Source: Octopus sinensis (taxonomy: Eukaryota). Taken from it: a stretch of 64,000 nucleotides of DNA. Position 1 is the first letter of the stretch, and the number at the start of each line of letters is the position of its first letter. Of this stretch, positions 28,110 to 42,056 are shown piece by piece. The position numbers and the translations under genes are program-made. Location of the stretch: assembly GCF_006345805.1 (NCBI RefSeq), contig NC_043013.1, positions 43,710,001 through 43,774,000 on the forward strand. The letters are read 5' to 3'. Under the pieces are notes generated by a model. It searched no databases and was not told the origin of the DNA. It saw only the letters and a program-made list of their open reading frames with translations.

Positions 28110-28445
28110 ATGACAGAGAGAACTGAGCAAAGAGTCTCCATCAAATTTTGCCAAAAGCTTGGTGATTCTTGCTTAGAGGCTTATGCTAAAGTTTTCAAAA
28201 AGTTTTAATCCTTCTCAATACAATCAAGGAGATCTTGTGCAACTGAAACCCTAGTGTCTTTTGGCACAGTTTTTGGCACAAACTTGGCAGACAAGCGTCT
28301 CATACCCAAATCTTCAGTGCAAATGAACTGAACTGAACCATAACTAATGTGCACGTCCTCTGATAACTCACGGATGGTGATTTGATGATTTCCCTTCACA
28401 GTTGCACACACATCTATGATATTTTTCTCAGTTCTGCTGGTTATG
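28110..28445. mobile_element. Mariner transposase relics in opposite orientations
   Basis: Plus: MTERTEQRVSIKFCQKLGDS. Minus: ITIRELSEDVHISYGSVQFICTEDLGMRRLSAKFVPK (HTH2 and WVPH-like motif). Confidence 0.75.
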
Positions 28446-28799
28446 GTGATGATGATGATGATGATGTGTGTGTGTATGGTGTGCATGAATGTTTGCATGC
28501 CTATATTTCCACTAGACACTTTGTTAGTTGTGTGTGACCTTCAAAGATTAGAGATTAGCTGACTAACCTAGTCAACAACAAAAACACACACAATTCAAGA
28601 ACAAACGTTTTCATGCATGATATGATACAAAAAAAAAATAAAAAACAAATTCAATATGTTATCCAAGCAAATATCATTGAGACTGTGTTGATGAGATCTT
28701 ACAGATATAATTGTTATTGTTCAGAACCATCCTATTATTTTAATGCTGTATCCAGTGAGTTCAGACATGAAGTCCACACCCATATTCATTCATACACAC

Positions 28800-28832
<33 letters not shown>

Positions 28833-28952
28833 TGTGTGTGTGTGTGTATGTGTGTGTGTATGTATGTGTGTGTGTGTGTGTGTATGTGTGTGCTGTCAAT
28901 GACATTAATTGAATAAAGATGCATATGACTATTTGGAACTATTTAGAAGCAC

Positions 28953-29328
28953 TCCATCGGTTACGACGACGAGGGTTCCGGTTGATCCGAATCAACGGAA
29001 CAGCCTGCTCGTGAAATTAACGTGTAAGTGGCTGAGCACTCCACAGACACGTGTACCCTTAACGTAGTTCTCGGGGATATTCAGCGTGACACAGAGAGTG
29101 ACAGGGCCGGCCCTTTGAAATACAGGTACAACAGAAACAGGAAGTAAGAGTGAGAGAAAGTTGTGGTGAAAGAGTACAGCAGGGATTACCACCATCCCCT
29201 GCCGGAGACTCGTGGAGCTTTAGGTGTTTTCGCTCAATAAACACTCACAACGCCCGGTCTGGGAATCGAAACCGCGATCCTATGACCGCGAGTCCACTGC
29301 CCTAACCACTGAGCCATTGCACCTCCAC
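28953..29328 (-). mobile_element. tRNA-derived SINE, family D
   Basis: Minus strand head TGGAGGTGCAATGGCTCAGTGGTTAGGGC...GGTTTCGATTCCC. Same head with a different tail at 30445-30752-, and that tail also occurs at 1-160+. Confidence 0.8.
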
Positions 29329-30775
29329 ATTTGGAACTATACACTTATATTGACTACAAGAGTGTATACTGTAATACAGCTGTTGTAGAGTACACCTACA
29401 CCTATACATATATGTATGTAATGTACGTATGTATCTATATATATATATATGTGTGTGTGTGTATATATATGGGCATGGCTGTGTGGTTGGGGAGCTTGCT
29501 TCCCAACTACATGGTTTCAGGTTCAGTCCCACTGCGTGGCACTTTGGGTAGGTGTCTTCCGCTATAGCCCCGAGTCGACCGAAGCTTTGTGATTGAATTC
29601 GGAAGGTGGAAGTTACTGCCGTGTGTGTATGTGTGCGTATAGCCGCTCAGTGCCTCTCCAAAAGAGAGAGAGGGATATATATATATATCATCATCATCAT
29701 CATCATCATCATCGTTTAGCGTCCGTTTTCCATGCTAGCATGGGTTGGACGGGTCAACTGGGGTCTGTGAAGCTGGAAGGCTTCGTCAGGCCCAGTCAGA
29801 TCTGGCAGTGTTTCTACGGCTGGATGCCCTTCCTAACGCCAACCACTCCGCGAGTGTAGTGGGTGTTTTTTACGTGCCACCTGCACAGGTGCCAGACAGA
29901 GCTGGCGAACGATATATATATATATATATATATATTTATGTATGTATGTATCTATATATATATATATGTGTGTGAGTGTATGTATGTATATATATATATA
30001 TATATATATATTTATGTATGTATATACAAATAGTCCATCTGTGACTTAATAAATTAGTGCATTGTTTCATATATGAATATAATCAATATTATCATCACAG
30101 ATTTCATAACCACTTTTGCATGCTTGCATGGGTTAGACTGAGTTTATTGAGGAAGATTTTCTATGTCTGGATGCTCTTCCTGGCACCAACACTTGCCTGT
30201 TTCCAAGCCAGGTAATATTTCTCCACAACTGATCGTGCTGCTGCAGAATAATGGAAATGAATTATATTCAGTTACTACAACCATGTGATGTCAAGACAAA
30301 GAGATGTAAACAGGCATGCACACACAACACGCATGCACACACACACACACACACACACACACGGTGCATTCCAGAAGTTTTGAGACATTTTATGGACAGT
30401 TCCTAGATTATTGTAACTTCAGTATATCCTTACTATCCTCTTCTTCTTTCGCCCTTTTCAAGCCTAGCCAGGCTCATGGGCCCGGTTTCCAGGTTTCTGT
30501 GGCATAAGTGCTCCCCCCAGCTGGATGGTATGCCAGTCCATCGCAGCAGTACTCAAGAAACAGGAAGAGAGAGTGAGAGAAAGTTGTGGCGAAAGATTAC
30601 AACAGGGGTCACCACCACCCCCTGCCGGAGCTTCCTGGAGCTTTTATGTGTTTTTGCTTAATAAACGCACACAATGCCCGTTCTGGGAATTGAAACCACG
30701 ATCCTCCGACTGCGAGTCCGCTGCCCTAACCACTGGGCCATTGTGCCTCCACCCACACACACCACACACACACAC

Positions 30776-32093
30776 ACGGTGCATTCCAGAAGTTTTGAGA
30801 CTATTTTTTGTGAGACGGTTCCTAGATTATTGTAACTTCAGTATATCCTTACTATACATATAAAAAACTGACCTATCAGCTTTTGATATTCGAGATTGAA
30901 GCTGTTACAGACATCTGTGGCAGCACTTTGAGCACACACCATGCTAAATATTGCTTGTCACAGTTGACTAATTTGCAGAATGCAGTTGGGACATGAAGAC
31001 AATTTGAAAGCTCATTATGCAATAAAGTTTTGTGTTAAATTGAGCAAAAATACTACAATAACTTATGAAAGGCGCAGGAGTGGCTGTGTGGTAAGTAGCT
31101 TGCTAACCAACCACATGGTTCCGGGTTCAGTCCCACTGCGTGGCATCTTGGGCAAGTGTCTTCTGATATAGCCCCAGGCCGACCAATGCCTTGTGAGTGG
31201 ATTTGGTAGACGGAAACTGAAAGAAGCCTGTCATATATATGTATATATATATATGTATGCGCGTGTGTGTTTGCGTGTCTGTGTTTGTCCCCCAAGCATT
31301 GCTTGACAACCGATGCTGGTGTGTTTATGTCCCCGTCACTTAGCGGTTCGGCAAAAAAAAAGAGGCCGATAGAATAAGTACTGGGCTTACAAAGAATAAG
31401 TCCCGGGGGTCGATTTGCTCGACTAAAGGCGGTGCTCCTGCATGGCCGCAGTCAAATGGCTGAAACAATTAAAAGAGTAAAGAGTAAATGCTCCAGACCT
31501 TTTCATGAGCACAAGAGGTTCAAAGATGGTGGAGAGGAGGTGAGAGTTGATGAAAGGTGTGGGAAGGAGAGGGACATCAGAACGATTGGGCTGACTGAGA
31601 AAATTCACAATTTTCTGGATGAAGAGTGACAAATGTCTTATAAGGACAATAAGCAACAGTTTGGAGCTGGTGTAGCAATTGTATGCAGAATCATTCATGA
31701 AGGTCCGAACATGCACAAAATTTGTGCAAAGTTTCTCATTGATGAGCTCCCACCCTGCTGGCCAGGCAAACGGGTCGACATTCCCTTTGTTGCAGGGTTA
31801 TCCATTTATAACTGAATCGACTGGGGCAATATGAAATGAAGTGTTTTGCTCAAGTGCACAACATGCAGCTCAGTTCAGGAATTGAACCCACGATTGCTAA
31901 ATCATGAATGCAACACCCTAATAACTAGGCCATGCGCCTTTGTGTGCCTATATCATCAACATCATCATTGTTTAGCGTCTGCTTTCCATGCTGGCATGGG
32001 TTGGACAGTTCAAATGGGGTCTGGCAGTCTGATCTGGTAATGTTTCTACGGCTGGATGCCCTTCCTAACGCCAACCACTCCATGAGTGTAGTG

Positions 32094-32135
<42 letters not shown>

Positions 32136-32520
32136 GTGTCTTGAATGGCACAACAATACACTATAACAACAATGGACTATAATAACTGTTATAATTTAAT
32201 CATCCAGAGTCTGATATATATTTCTTTATTGCTCACAAGGGGCTAAAAACAGATGGGCATCATTACTGTCCCTTATCCTTTCTACAGTCCAGACCTTGCT
32301 CCCTGTAACTTTTAATTGTTCCCTAAGCTGAAGAAGAATCTCAGGGCAGATGTTCTGAAGACATCAAGAAGATGAAGGAAGCTGTCACAAGAGCCCTGGA
32401 CTCCTTCACTTTGAAGGACATCCATGGGGCTGTCATGAACTGGCTGAAGCACTACAAGTACATTGAAGTCAGGGCATCCTTCTTTGAAGGAAATTAGAAT
32501 TTTGTGCTTCTTAGAAATTA
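30776..32520 (+). mobile_element. Fragmented mariner element interrupted by SINEs
   Basis: HYAIKFCVKLSK (~31010), HKRFKDG.E.V..DER.G (~31510), YSPDLAPCNF.LFPKLKKNL (~32285). Confidence 0.8.
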
Positions 32521-32573
32521 AGGAACAAACATCATTGTGTTAGTGTTTTCTTGTTTGTTAGCAAGATCTTTAA

Positions 32574-32792
32574 CCCTTTAGCGTTCAGATTATTCTATCA
32601 AACATAATGCCTATTGATTCCCATTTATTTGAATTGATCATGCATTATCTCATATCTTCAAGATCTTGATGGTGTAATTACTTAATGTAGAATAACATTG
32701 TGGGGTAGGTGTGAGAGCCTGGATCTGGTCAGTTTGAACATAAAACAGATTAACTATTTTGGCCGGATATGACTGGTTTAAATACTAAAGGG
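32574..32792. mobile_element. piggyBac-type MITE
   Basis: TTAA|CCCTTTAG ... CTAAAGGG|TTAA. A related copy lies at ~37310-37530. A second TTAA-flanked family lies at ~41675-42250 and ~43857-44306. Confidence 0.85.
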
Positions 32793-32799
32793 TTAAATG

Positions 32800-33145
32800 G
32801 CTCCTCAGCAACTGGTTGGTTCAGTCTCTTGAAACTCATTGTTGATGTTCAGTATAGCTTCTGTGGCTTTTATTCTACTGCTGATCTTCTGAAATTTATT
32901 ACAGACTGCATCATCCAATTTAAGGATAAATCAGGAAAGGGTTGTGCTATAGCTCTTGATATATCCAAATCCTATGATAGGTTTTGACATGCTGGTTTGC
33001 TTCATGTGCTCTCTGCTTATGGGGTTTCTGGAAATGCTTTTGACATTATCAGGTTATTCCTTTCTGGTCATTGTATGAGTGTGACCCTCAATGGTGTCAC
33101 TTCTGAGTATTCTATCAATGCTGATTTTTCCCTAGGCTCTATTTG
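32800..33145 (+). mobile_element. Degraded non-LTR RT fragment (CR1/Jockey group)
   Basis: QYSF...STADLL...AIALDISKSYDR motif with stop codons. Confidence 0.6.
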
Positions 33146-33176
33146 TACCTTGCCATTCCCTACATAGGCACAAATG

Positions 33177-33492
33177 TATTGGGTTGTCCGGAAAGTTCGT
33201 GCCGATTTATAGTAGCTTACCTTTCGACTTATTTTAGAACATGGTTGAGTCCATAAAATAGGATTTGACTACACCTCCATCTACAGCACAGTTTAAGCTA
33301 TCTTTTCGTGGAAGAAGATTTAGGTTCCTATAACCTGTTTTAATTTTGTAACCCTTTAAAATGATTGATAAGAAAGTTCATTTTCGGCACTTGATGCTTT
33401 AGGAACCAGACAAAAATTGTTGCAGCTCGGCTGGGATGTGTTACCCCACCCTCCATATTCACCAGATATTGCTCCTTCACATTTCCACTTAT
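33177..33492 (+). mobile_element. Internally deleted mariner element
   Basis: TATTGGGTTGTCCGGAAAGTT TIR-like start. KKVHFRHLML is joined directly to TRQKLLQLGWDVLPHPPYSPDIAPS. Confidence 0.8.
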
Positions 33493-36400
33493 AAACACCG
33501 CAGATGCTCAGAAAACAGATTCTATCACATGCCAGGGGGAGAAACCAGAAGCAGTTGATAGCTTCCGCTACCTAGGTGACCAAGTCTGTTGTGGGGATGT
33601 GACTGTGGGCATGCTGGAGCTTTAGTCGAGCAAATCAACCCGAGGACTTATTCTATCGGTCTCTTTTGTCGAACTGCTAAGTTATGGGGACGTAAACACA
33701 TCAGCATTAGTCGTCAAGCACTGTTGGGGGGACAAACACAGACACACAAACATACATATATATATATATATATACATACATATGTACGACTATCTTCTTT
33801 CAGTTTCCATCTACCAAATCCATTCACAAGGCTTTGGACGGCCTGAGGCTATAGTAGAAGACACTTGCTCAAGGTGCCACGCAGTGGGACTGAACCTGGA
33901 ACCATGTGGTTCGTAAGCAAGCTACTTACCATACAGCTACTCCTATGGCTTATTTGTTTTGTTTTGCTTTTTTGTTTTTTTCTATGTGTGTGTTCTTTTG
34001 CAAATGTTACCTGGCTAAAGATGTAAATATCTTTTGAAAACAAAAGAAAAACCAGTGCTTCTTGAACAAAAATATCCTGTTATATCTGTTCCAAGTTACA
34101 AAAATGTTCTCTTGTCTCTGTCACCACTGTAAATGCAGTGAGCAGATCATTATAAAAAGTATTTATCAAAACACTAATAGATCACAGGACATGATATAAT
34201 ATTATTAAAGATGAAATTTCACTTTCTTGTGTTAGGGTTGAGTCAAATGACCCTTAACTCCTCATTTTATTTATTTTTTTATTTACATTTTTTTCAGTCA
34301 TTAGACTGTGGCCATGCTGGGGCACACCTTGAAGAATTCCTTAGTTGAGTGAAATGACCACAGTATTTTTTTTTTAAGTGTGATGCTTATTTTATCGGTC
34401 GCTTTTAGCCAAACCACAAAATTATGGGGATGTAAACAAACCAATACCAGTCATCAAGCTGTGGTGAAGGACTGACAAACACGCACACAAATATATATAT
34501 ATATATATTATATATATATGTGTGTATGTATGTATTGATAAAAATGGCAGAATTTGAACTTGGAATGTAATGGCAGACAAAATACCGCTAAGCATTTTGC
34601 CTGGCGTGTGACGAAATACCTATTTCTTTACTACCCACAAGGGGCTAAACACAGAGGGGGCAAGCAAGGACAGACACACGGATTAAGTCGATTATATTGA
34701 CCCCAATGCATAACTGGTACTTATTTAATCGACCCCGAAAGGATGAAAGGCAAAGTCGACCTCGGCGGAATTTGAACTCAGAACGTAACGGTAGATGAAA
34801 TACCGCTAAGCATTTCGCCTGGCATACTAATGATTCTGCCAGCTCGCTGCCTTATAATGATAATGATTAATGCTGACTGATTCAGTTGTGATTGTTTTAT
34901 AGTCTCAGGTAAACCCTAATAGGCGTATGACATGTGGATACTCCATCAAATAACTGTCGTCCTCATGCTATCTTCTTACCACTCTACCAGCATCTCAACA
35001 GTATTTGGCTTAACTTTTATTCCGATGTCTCCAGGCACTACATTAGCATTATCCAATATGTCCATCTCTTATCTAAATATTGATTTCAAGTTTTGGCACA
35101 AGGCCAGCAAGTTCGGGGGATGAGGTAAAATCGGTTACATCAACTCTTGTGCCCAACTGGTACTTATTTTAGTGAACCTGAAGGAATGAAAGACAATGTC
35201 AACCTTGGCGAAATTTGAACTCAGAACGTAAATGCTGCTAAGCATTTTGCCTTGACATGCTAACGATTCTGCCAGCTCACTGCCCTCTCTTAAATATTTC
35301 TGTTTACAAAATTTTGGCTTGAGGTCAGTGAATTCAGGTGAGGGGTTAAGCCAATTACATTGACCCCTATGCTCAACTGGTACTTACTCTTTTACTTGTT
35401 TCAGTCATTTGACTGCGACCATGCTGGAGCACTGCCTTTAGTTGAGCAAATCAACCCCCATGACTTCTTCTTTGTAAGCTTAGTATTTATTCTATCGGTC
35501 TCTTTTGCCGAACCGCTAAGTTACGGGGACGGAAACACACCAGCATCGGTTGTCAAGCGATGTTGGGGGGGGGGAACAAACACAGCCATACAAACACACA
35601 CACATTATATATATATATACATATAAACGATGGGCTTCTTTCAGCTTCCATCTACCAAATCTACTCAAAGTTTTGGTTGGCCTGAGGCTATAGCAGAATA
35701 CACTTGCTCAGGATGCCACGCAGTGGGACTGAACCCGGAACCATGTGGTTGGTAAGCAAGCTACTTACCACACATCCACTCCTGCGCCTATATATATATA
35801 TATATATACATATATACGACGGGCTTCTTTCAGTTTCCGTCTACCAAATCCACTCACAATGTTTTGGTCGGCCCGAGGCTATAGCAGAAGACACTTGCCC
35901 AGGGTGTCACGCAGTGGGACTGAACCCGGAACCATGTGGTTGGTAAGCAAGCTACTTACCACACATCCACTCCTGCGCCTATGCTTATTTAATCCTTTAT
36001 GAAAGGATTAAAGGCAAAGTCAACCTTAGCAGAATTTTAATTCAGAACATAGCTGACGAGAGGCTCGCACATTGGCTATATTCAATAGTTACAGTGCTAG
36101 TATCTTTAATTGCATCTCAGTGATGGGTTGTTTGTAGGAGAAATATTGCAACATGAATTACTTCCCCTGTTTCTCACCTCGGTACATAGACTTGCAATGT
36201 ATGTTGTTACTGATGTTTAACCCTAGGTCATCTCCAACTGAGCAATTAACTTAGAATATACAAAATATTTTAGACTTGCTGCACAAGCCATTATTGATGT
36301 TTAGCCCTAGGTCAGGTCCGACCAAGCAAATCTATGATCACAGACATTCCTGATGTGTTTGTTTCTTTTTGTTTTTTTTTAAACAATCAAGTGTGTTTTC

Positions 36401-38266
36401 AGGGATATGTGGCTGCTATATTTCTTATAGGTTGAGGGACTGGCTACTAGCTCCCTCACTGACTTCTTACTCGGTAGTTTATGTCTAGATATGATGTGTG
36501 AGAGATTTAGTAGGACAGCTGATGAAGTCAGTACAACTATGAGAGTTATCAAGATAGATGGTCAAACCAGAAGAATACTATTACAAAAGTACACATATTA
36601 TTACATACTCTTTTACTTGTTTCAGTCATTTGACTGTGGCCATGCTGAAGCACCGCCTTTTAGTCAAGCAAATCGACCCCAGGACTTATTCTAGCCTAGT
36701 ACTTATTCTATCAGTCTCTTTTGCCGAACTGCTAAGTTACGGGGATGTAAACACACCAGCATTGGTTGTCAAGCGATGTTGGTGGGGAAGGACAAACACA
36801 AACACACACACATATGTATACGACAGGCTTCTTTCAGTTTCCGTCTACCAAATCCACTCACAAGGCTTTGATAGGCCCGAGGCTATAGTAGAAGACACTT
36901 GCCCAAGGTGCCATGCAGTGGGACTGAAACCAGAACCATGTGGTTGGTAAGCAAGCTACTTACCACACAGCCACTCCTATGCCTATGCTACCACAATCAA
37001 TATTTTTGGACCTCAGTTGTCTGAAAACCTTGTGTTACCCCATATAACATGCAGTGGTACATAACAGATAATCTACTATAATCCAAAACTGTTTTTTAAT
37101 ATTAATTTCATATAAAATATAAGTGTAATTCCTTCAAATTTTGGCACAAGGCCAGCAACTTTAGAACGTTAGTTAATTACATCAACTCCACTGTTCAACT
37201 GGTACTGATAATTTTGTCCAATGTGCTAACAATCCTGTCAGCTCTTTTGCCTTGTATATTGTTTTGTTTTTTAATAATATGCTTTCTTACATTATTTCAT
37301 TTTTCTTAACCTTTTACCCTTTAAACTGACCATATGAAACCTATATATTCTACCTACTTTGTGTTCAAATTGCCAGATCTGGCCTCTCACACCTACCCTA
37401 CAATGTCATCCTAAAAATAATGAATCACACCACTGAAATCCCAAAGCAATGAGATACAGCATGATTAATTCAAAACACTGTGAATACATCAGCATTGCAT
37501 CTTGGTAGAGTAACCTGAATACTAAAAGGTTAATAAAAGTGGGTTGTGAAAAACAGCAGTGGCCTAACACCATGTGTTGCAGTTACCCCTAATTTCAGTC
37601 AAGGCATGGCTATGTGGTTAAAATGTTTACTTCCAAGCCATGTAGTTTCAGGTTCAGTCCCAGTAGGTGACACAGTGACCAACTAATGCTTCGTGAGTGA
37701 ATTTAGGAGAGAGAAACTGAAAGCTCATAATATATGTATATGTTAGTAACGAGGTGTTTGTGTTTCCTGGCCTGAACATCATGCAATAGCTCTAAATGAA
37801 GGTTACCACCATAAAATGCATTTTTCATACATTTCAGGTTTTCACTGAAAACAAGTGATGCGGTAGAAACCTCCTTCAACTAATTCTTGCCTGACCCATG
37901 TAAGTATAAGAGAGGGGATGTTAAAACAATGACAATTTTATTGAAAAAAAAAAGACAGTATATGTGGAGTTTTACAATGATTTCTTTACAATCTTCATGT
38001 TCAAATCCTTTTTGGGTCACCTTTGCCTTGAATTTATCCCAGGTTTATAAAACTAAAGCTATAATCAATTTAAATTAACTATAGCCCTTTCCCTACAAAA
38101 TTTATCAGTTTTAACATCCACTTTCTATGCTCTCATGAGTCAGACAGAATTTTAACCTGTTTTTCCTAAAGGTGGAAGCCCTATCTGTCACCAACCCACA
38201 CCTGTTTCCAAGCACGGTAATATTTCCTATGACCAGACACTTATACAAAAGATTGGTAACATAATA

Positions 38267-38947
38267 CAGTGATCCCTTGTTTATCACGGTAGATTGGTTC
38301 TGAGACAGGCTGCGATAACTGAATTTCCATGCAGTAAGGACACCATATTTACAGTATTTATTTAACATGTATTTGGACTTTGAAAACCCTCCCTATACTG
38401 TTAACAACCCACCCATTGCAGTAGTCTATTAATAACAAGGACAACTGTTAAGCAATAACACTTTAGATTTTTAAAAAATAAAGGTTGTTACAGTACTCAA
38501 TATGAAAGAAGTTGAAGTAAAATTTGAATGATGATGGTGATGAAGTTGCTGCGCAGTAGAAATGATGATGATGATGAAGCTAACGGCAGTGCCCTTTCCT
38601 GGGACACCTCTTCCACTTCTTCCGAAGGTGCAGCAGTAGTAGTAGCAGCAGCAGGAACTGGCTCTCTTTTGCGAGGCTGCAAAAACATTGTGATGGGAAG
38701 TTGCTGCCACTGCTTCTTTTTCCATTCAAAGAGCATCTTGTAGGGATTCATGACTTCGTCGACCTTGTTGCAAAATTGCACACAACGAACCATATCATCA
38801 TCCCATTCCTGTGACCCCTCTTTCAATTCTTTAGCCAGGTTACAGAGCTTGGCCAGCCGTTCCAAAGTCAAGCCAGTTTGGTCGACAACTTCTTGTTTCC
38901 TGCTGTGTTTCTTCTTCTTTGGATTTAATAAAAAATTTTAGGTGTTC

Positions 38948-39001
<54 letters not shown>

Positions 39002-39057
39002 ATCTGCGAAGTCGTGAATCTGCGATAGCTGAACCACGAAGTAGCGAGGGATCACTG
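38267..39057 (-). mobile_element. Tigger/pogo-like non-autonomous DNA transposon
   Basis: TA|CAGTGATCCCT ... AGGGATCACTG|TA. Minus-strand C-terminal transposase-like relic ...KKKQWQQLPITMFLQP. Confidence 0.85.
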
Positions 39058-41694
39058 TACAATGCTTGTATGACAATGACACTTGCTTACAACTATCATG
39101 TGATGTCAAGACAAGATGGGGATTCTTTGAACCAGCATCTACCAAATCCACTCACAAGGCAGCTTGGCTTCAACAAAGACTGTAGAACACATAACCAAAG
39201 TGCCGCACAGTGGGAATGAACTTGAAACCAGGTGGTTTGGAAGTAATCCTCTTCAGCACAGGTATACTTGTCACCTGTTAATAATACAAAAAAATCAAAA
39301 ATCAATATATTATGTGTAAACAAGAGCCAAAATGTGAAACAGCAGAACAGAAAGTAAGGTTTGAGTTCACTAAACCAGTAATTTTTGTTTGTCCTAGTTG
39401 TGACTATTTCATCTACTTTGCTGTGCTTTTGTGAAGAGGCATGAACATCACAACTCTCAGTTCCTAAGTCAGTTAATGGTTCCCTGTCAATGATCATTTC
39501 TAAATATCAAATGACCAATTAATTTATCATTCTAGTGCTATGGAATAAGTATTTACCTTTATTAACGAGCACCTCTGATTTTTACCATAAGTTGTGATGA
39601 AATTGAGAAAAAAAAACAAAAAAACTTTCAGTTATATAAGTCCTGGGATCAATTTGCTCGACTAAAGGAGGTGCTCCAGCATGGCCACAGTCAAATGACT
39701 GAAACAAGTAAAAAAGAGAGTATAGGTACAGGTATAGCTGTGTGATTAAAAAGCTTGCTTTGCAACTATGTGGTTTCCAGTTCAATCCCACTGCTCAGCA
39801 CGGGCACCTTCTACCATAGCTCCAAGCTGACCAATGCCTTGTGAGTGAATATAGATGGAAACTGTGTGAAAGCCCACATATGTGTGTATGTATATGTTTG
39901 TGTCTGTCTGTCCCCACCACCACTGCTTGACAACCGATGTGGGTATGTTTACATCCCCGTAACTTAGCGGTTTGGCAAAAGAGACTGATAGACGCCTTTT
40001 AAGACACTAGACTGTGGCCATGCTAGAGCACCACCCGAAAGAATTTTAGCCGAACAAATCAATTCTAGTACTTAGTTTTTTCTTAAGTCTGACACTTACT
40101 CTATCAGTCTCTTGCTAAGTCATGGGGACGTAAACACACCAGCATTGATTAGGGACAAATACATACATATATATATTAAATTTGGTAGATGGAATCAATG
40201 AAAACCCATAGAGGTATTTCTCAACCATCTTGTATCTATGGACCCTTTTGGTTCCTATTTTACTTGACTGGACCCTTCTAGCCAATTGAAGTTTTAAAAA
40301 TTCCCATATTTTCATAATATAAGGAATTCTATTTTGAAAAATTGCAAAAATATTTTGGGCATATTAGAAACAAATGTATTGCAGATAAATTGTAATAAAA
40401 TCTTTTATGGACTCCCCAGTTGAGAACCACTGCTACAGAGAATTTGTACACACATGCATGTCCTTGTGTTTGTCACCACACTGCCTAACCAGTGTGGGTT
40501 TGTTTACATTCCCATAACTAAGCTGTTTATTGAAAGTGATAAAACAATTGTCACGCTTCAAAAAATTAATTACTAGGGTTGATTAGTTCAAATAAACCCT
40601 AAACCCTTCAGGGTAGTGCCTCAGCCTGGCCACAGTCCACAGACTGAAACATGTATAAGAATAAATTAGCATTAAGTGACTGAGTATACCACGGACATGT
40701 GTGCTCTAATATGCAATCGTAATCCTTAAGTAGAATCAGTGTCACAGAAGCTGGACCTTAGAATCACAGTTACAACCCAAACAGCCTACCATATTTCCAC
40801 TCAAGGGTTGTGTCAATCTGAAGCTATAGAACAGTAATTCCCTACCATATTTTATCTATGGACCCCCATAACCATTTGATGATTATAATCTCGTTTTGTA
40901 GGTACTTTAAATTAATATTTTGTTTTTCACACATTGAGAGGGTTAAGAAAGAAACCTAGCCGTTTCTTGCAGTAAATACATCTAAAACAAAATTTTTTCA
41001 TAGACCTCCAGAATACTATTTTGCTTGTGTGAACCCCAACAAAATCTTATATGGACCCTCAGGGATCATATTTACCCCTATTGAGAACCACTGTTATAGA
41101 AGACTTACCAAAGTTGTCATACAGTGGAGATTGAACCCAAGGCCTATGATTAAAAAACAAACTGCTTAACCATTTGGCTATGCTGTATCTATTGTGTACA
41201 TGATGGCATGTGGTTAATTGTTTGCTTTGGAACAACTAAGGTACCCCTGGGCTGACCAATGCCTTGCAAGCAAATTTAGTAGATGAAAGAAAAAAAATGC
41301 AGAAAGCTAAGTGAGCATGCTTTGATTTTTGTTTGTTTATGGATTGAAGTTTGTGCATTTCTGATGAAATGTCAACATCACCTTACATTGTGGTGTAGGC
41401 TTTGAAAGGGTGTCGAGATAACAGGTAAATGATGATTGTGTTAGTCTATCAACTCTGAGTAGATCTATGGCGACAGTGACTGGTTAATGTAAACTGAAGA
41501 CCAGTATACCAAAAACAATGTTTAACGCTGATCAACAATATTCCAGCTGTGACTATGCAAATGTATTTTGTTTTTCAGCTAGTAGCAAGCAATTGGTAGA
41601 TTTTGCTGCTGTTTCTAGCAAACACAGAGGTTAACTTCTTGGAACATCATATTGTGGCATATTTCAAATGAGTCTTAACCCTTTTATTACCATA

Positions 41695-42056
41695 CTAGCA
41701 CTATGACCCGGCAACGCCAGGTCATAGTGTTAGTGCATGCATATACAGCTGCATGCATGCACACATACACGCAAATACTGTCCAAATCTCTGACCAATCA
41801 CATACAGCTAGCTGGCATTCAATTAGCGTATCAAGTTTCGGGCATTTTGATTGGGTTTTGGATAGAAAATTCACAAAAAAGTCACTTCTATTGATTTTTT
41901 AATGGTTTTGTGGGGTGACTGGGGAAATGTAAAGATGTGTACAACCACCTTTGGACGGTTTTGAATGACCATAGAAAGTGCTAGCCCTCTAACTAAAAAA
42001 TTGTGGATTTGTATAAAGGACACACACGCAGACATTTTGCCGTTTATATATATAGA
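41695..42056 (-). mobile_element. Non-autonomous Helitron
   Basis: Minus strand starts TCTATATATA and ends in CTAG, with a terminal GC-rich hairpin (plus strand cactatgacc-c-ggc-aac-gcc-a-ggtcatagtg). Confidence 0.75.

Noticed and set aside
36490-39500. Short plausible-looking frames at 36491(+) and 39497(-)
   Set aside because: Splice sites are weak or missing, there is no recognisable homology, and both run into SINE sequence.
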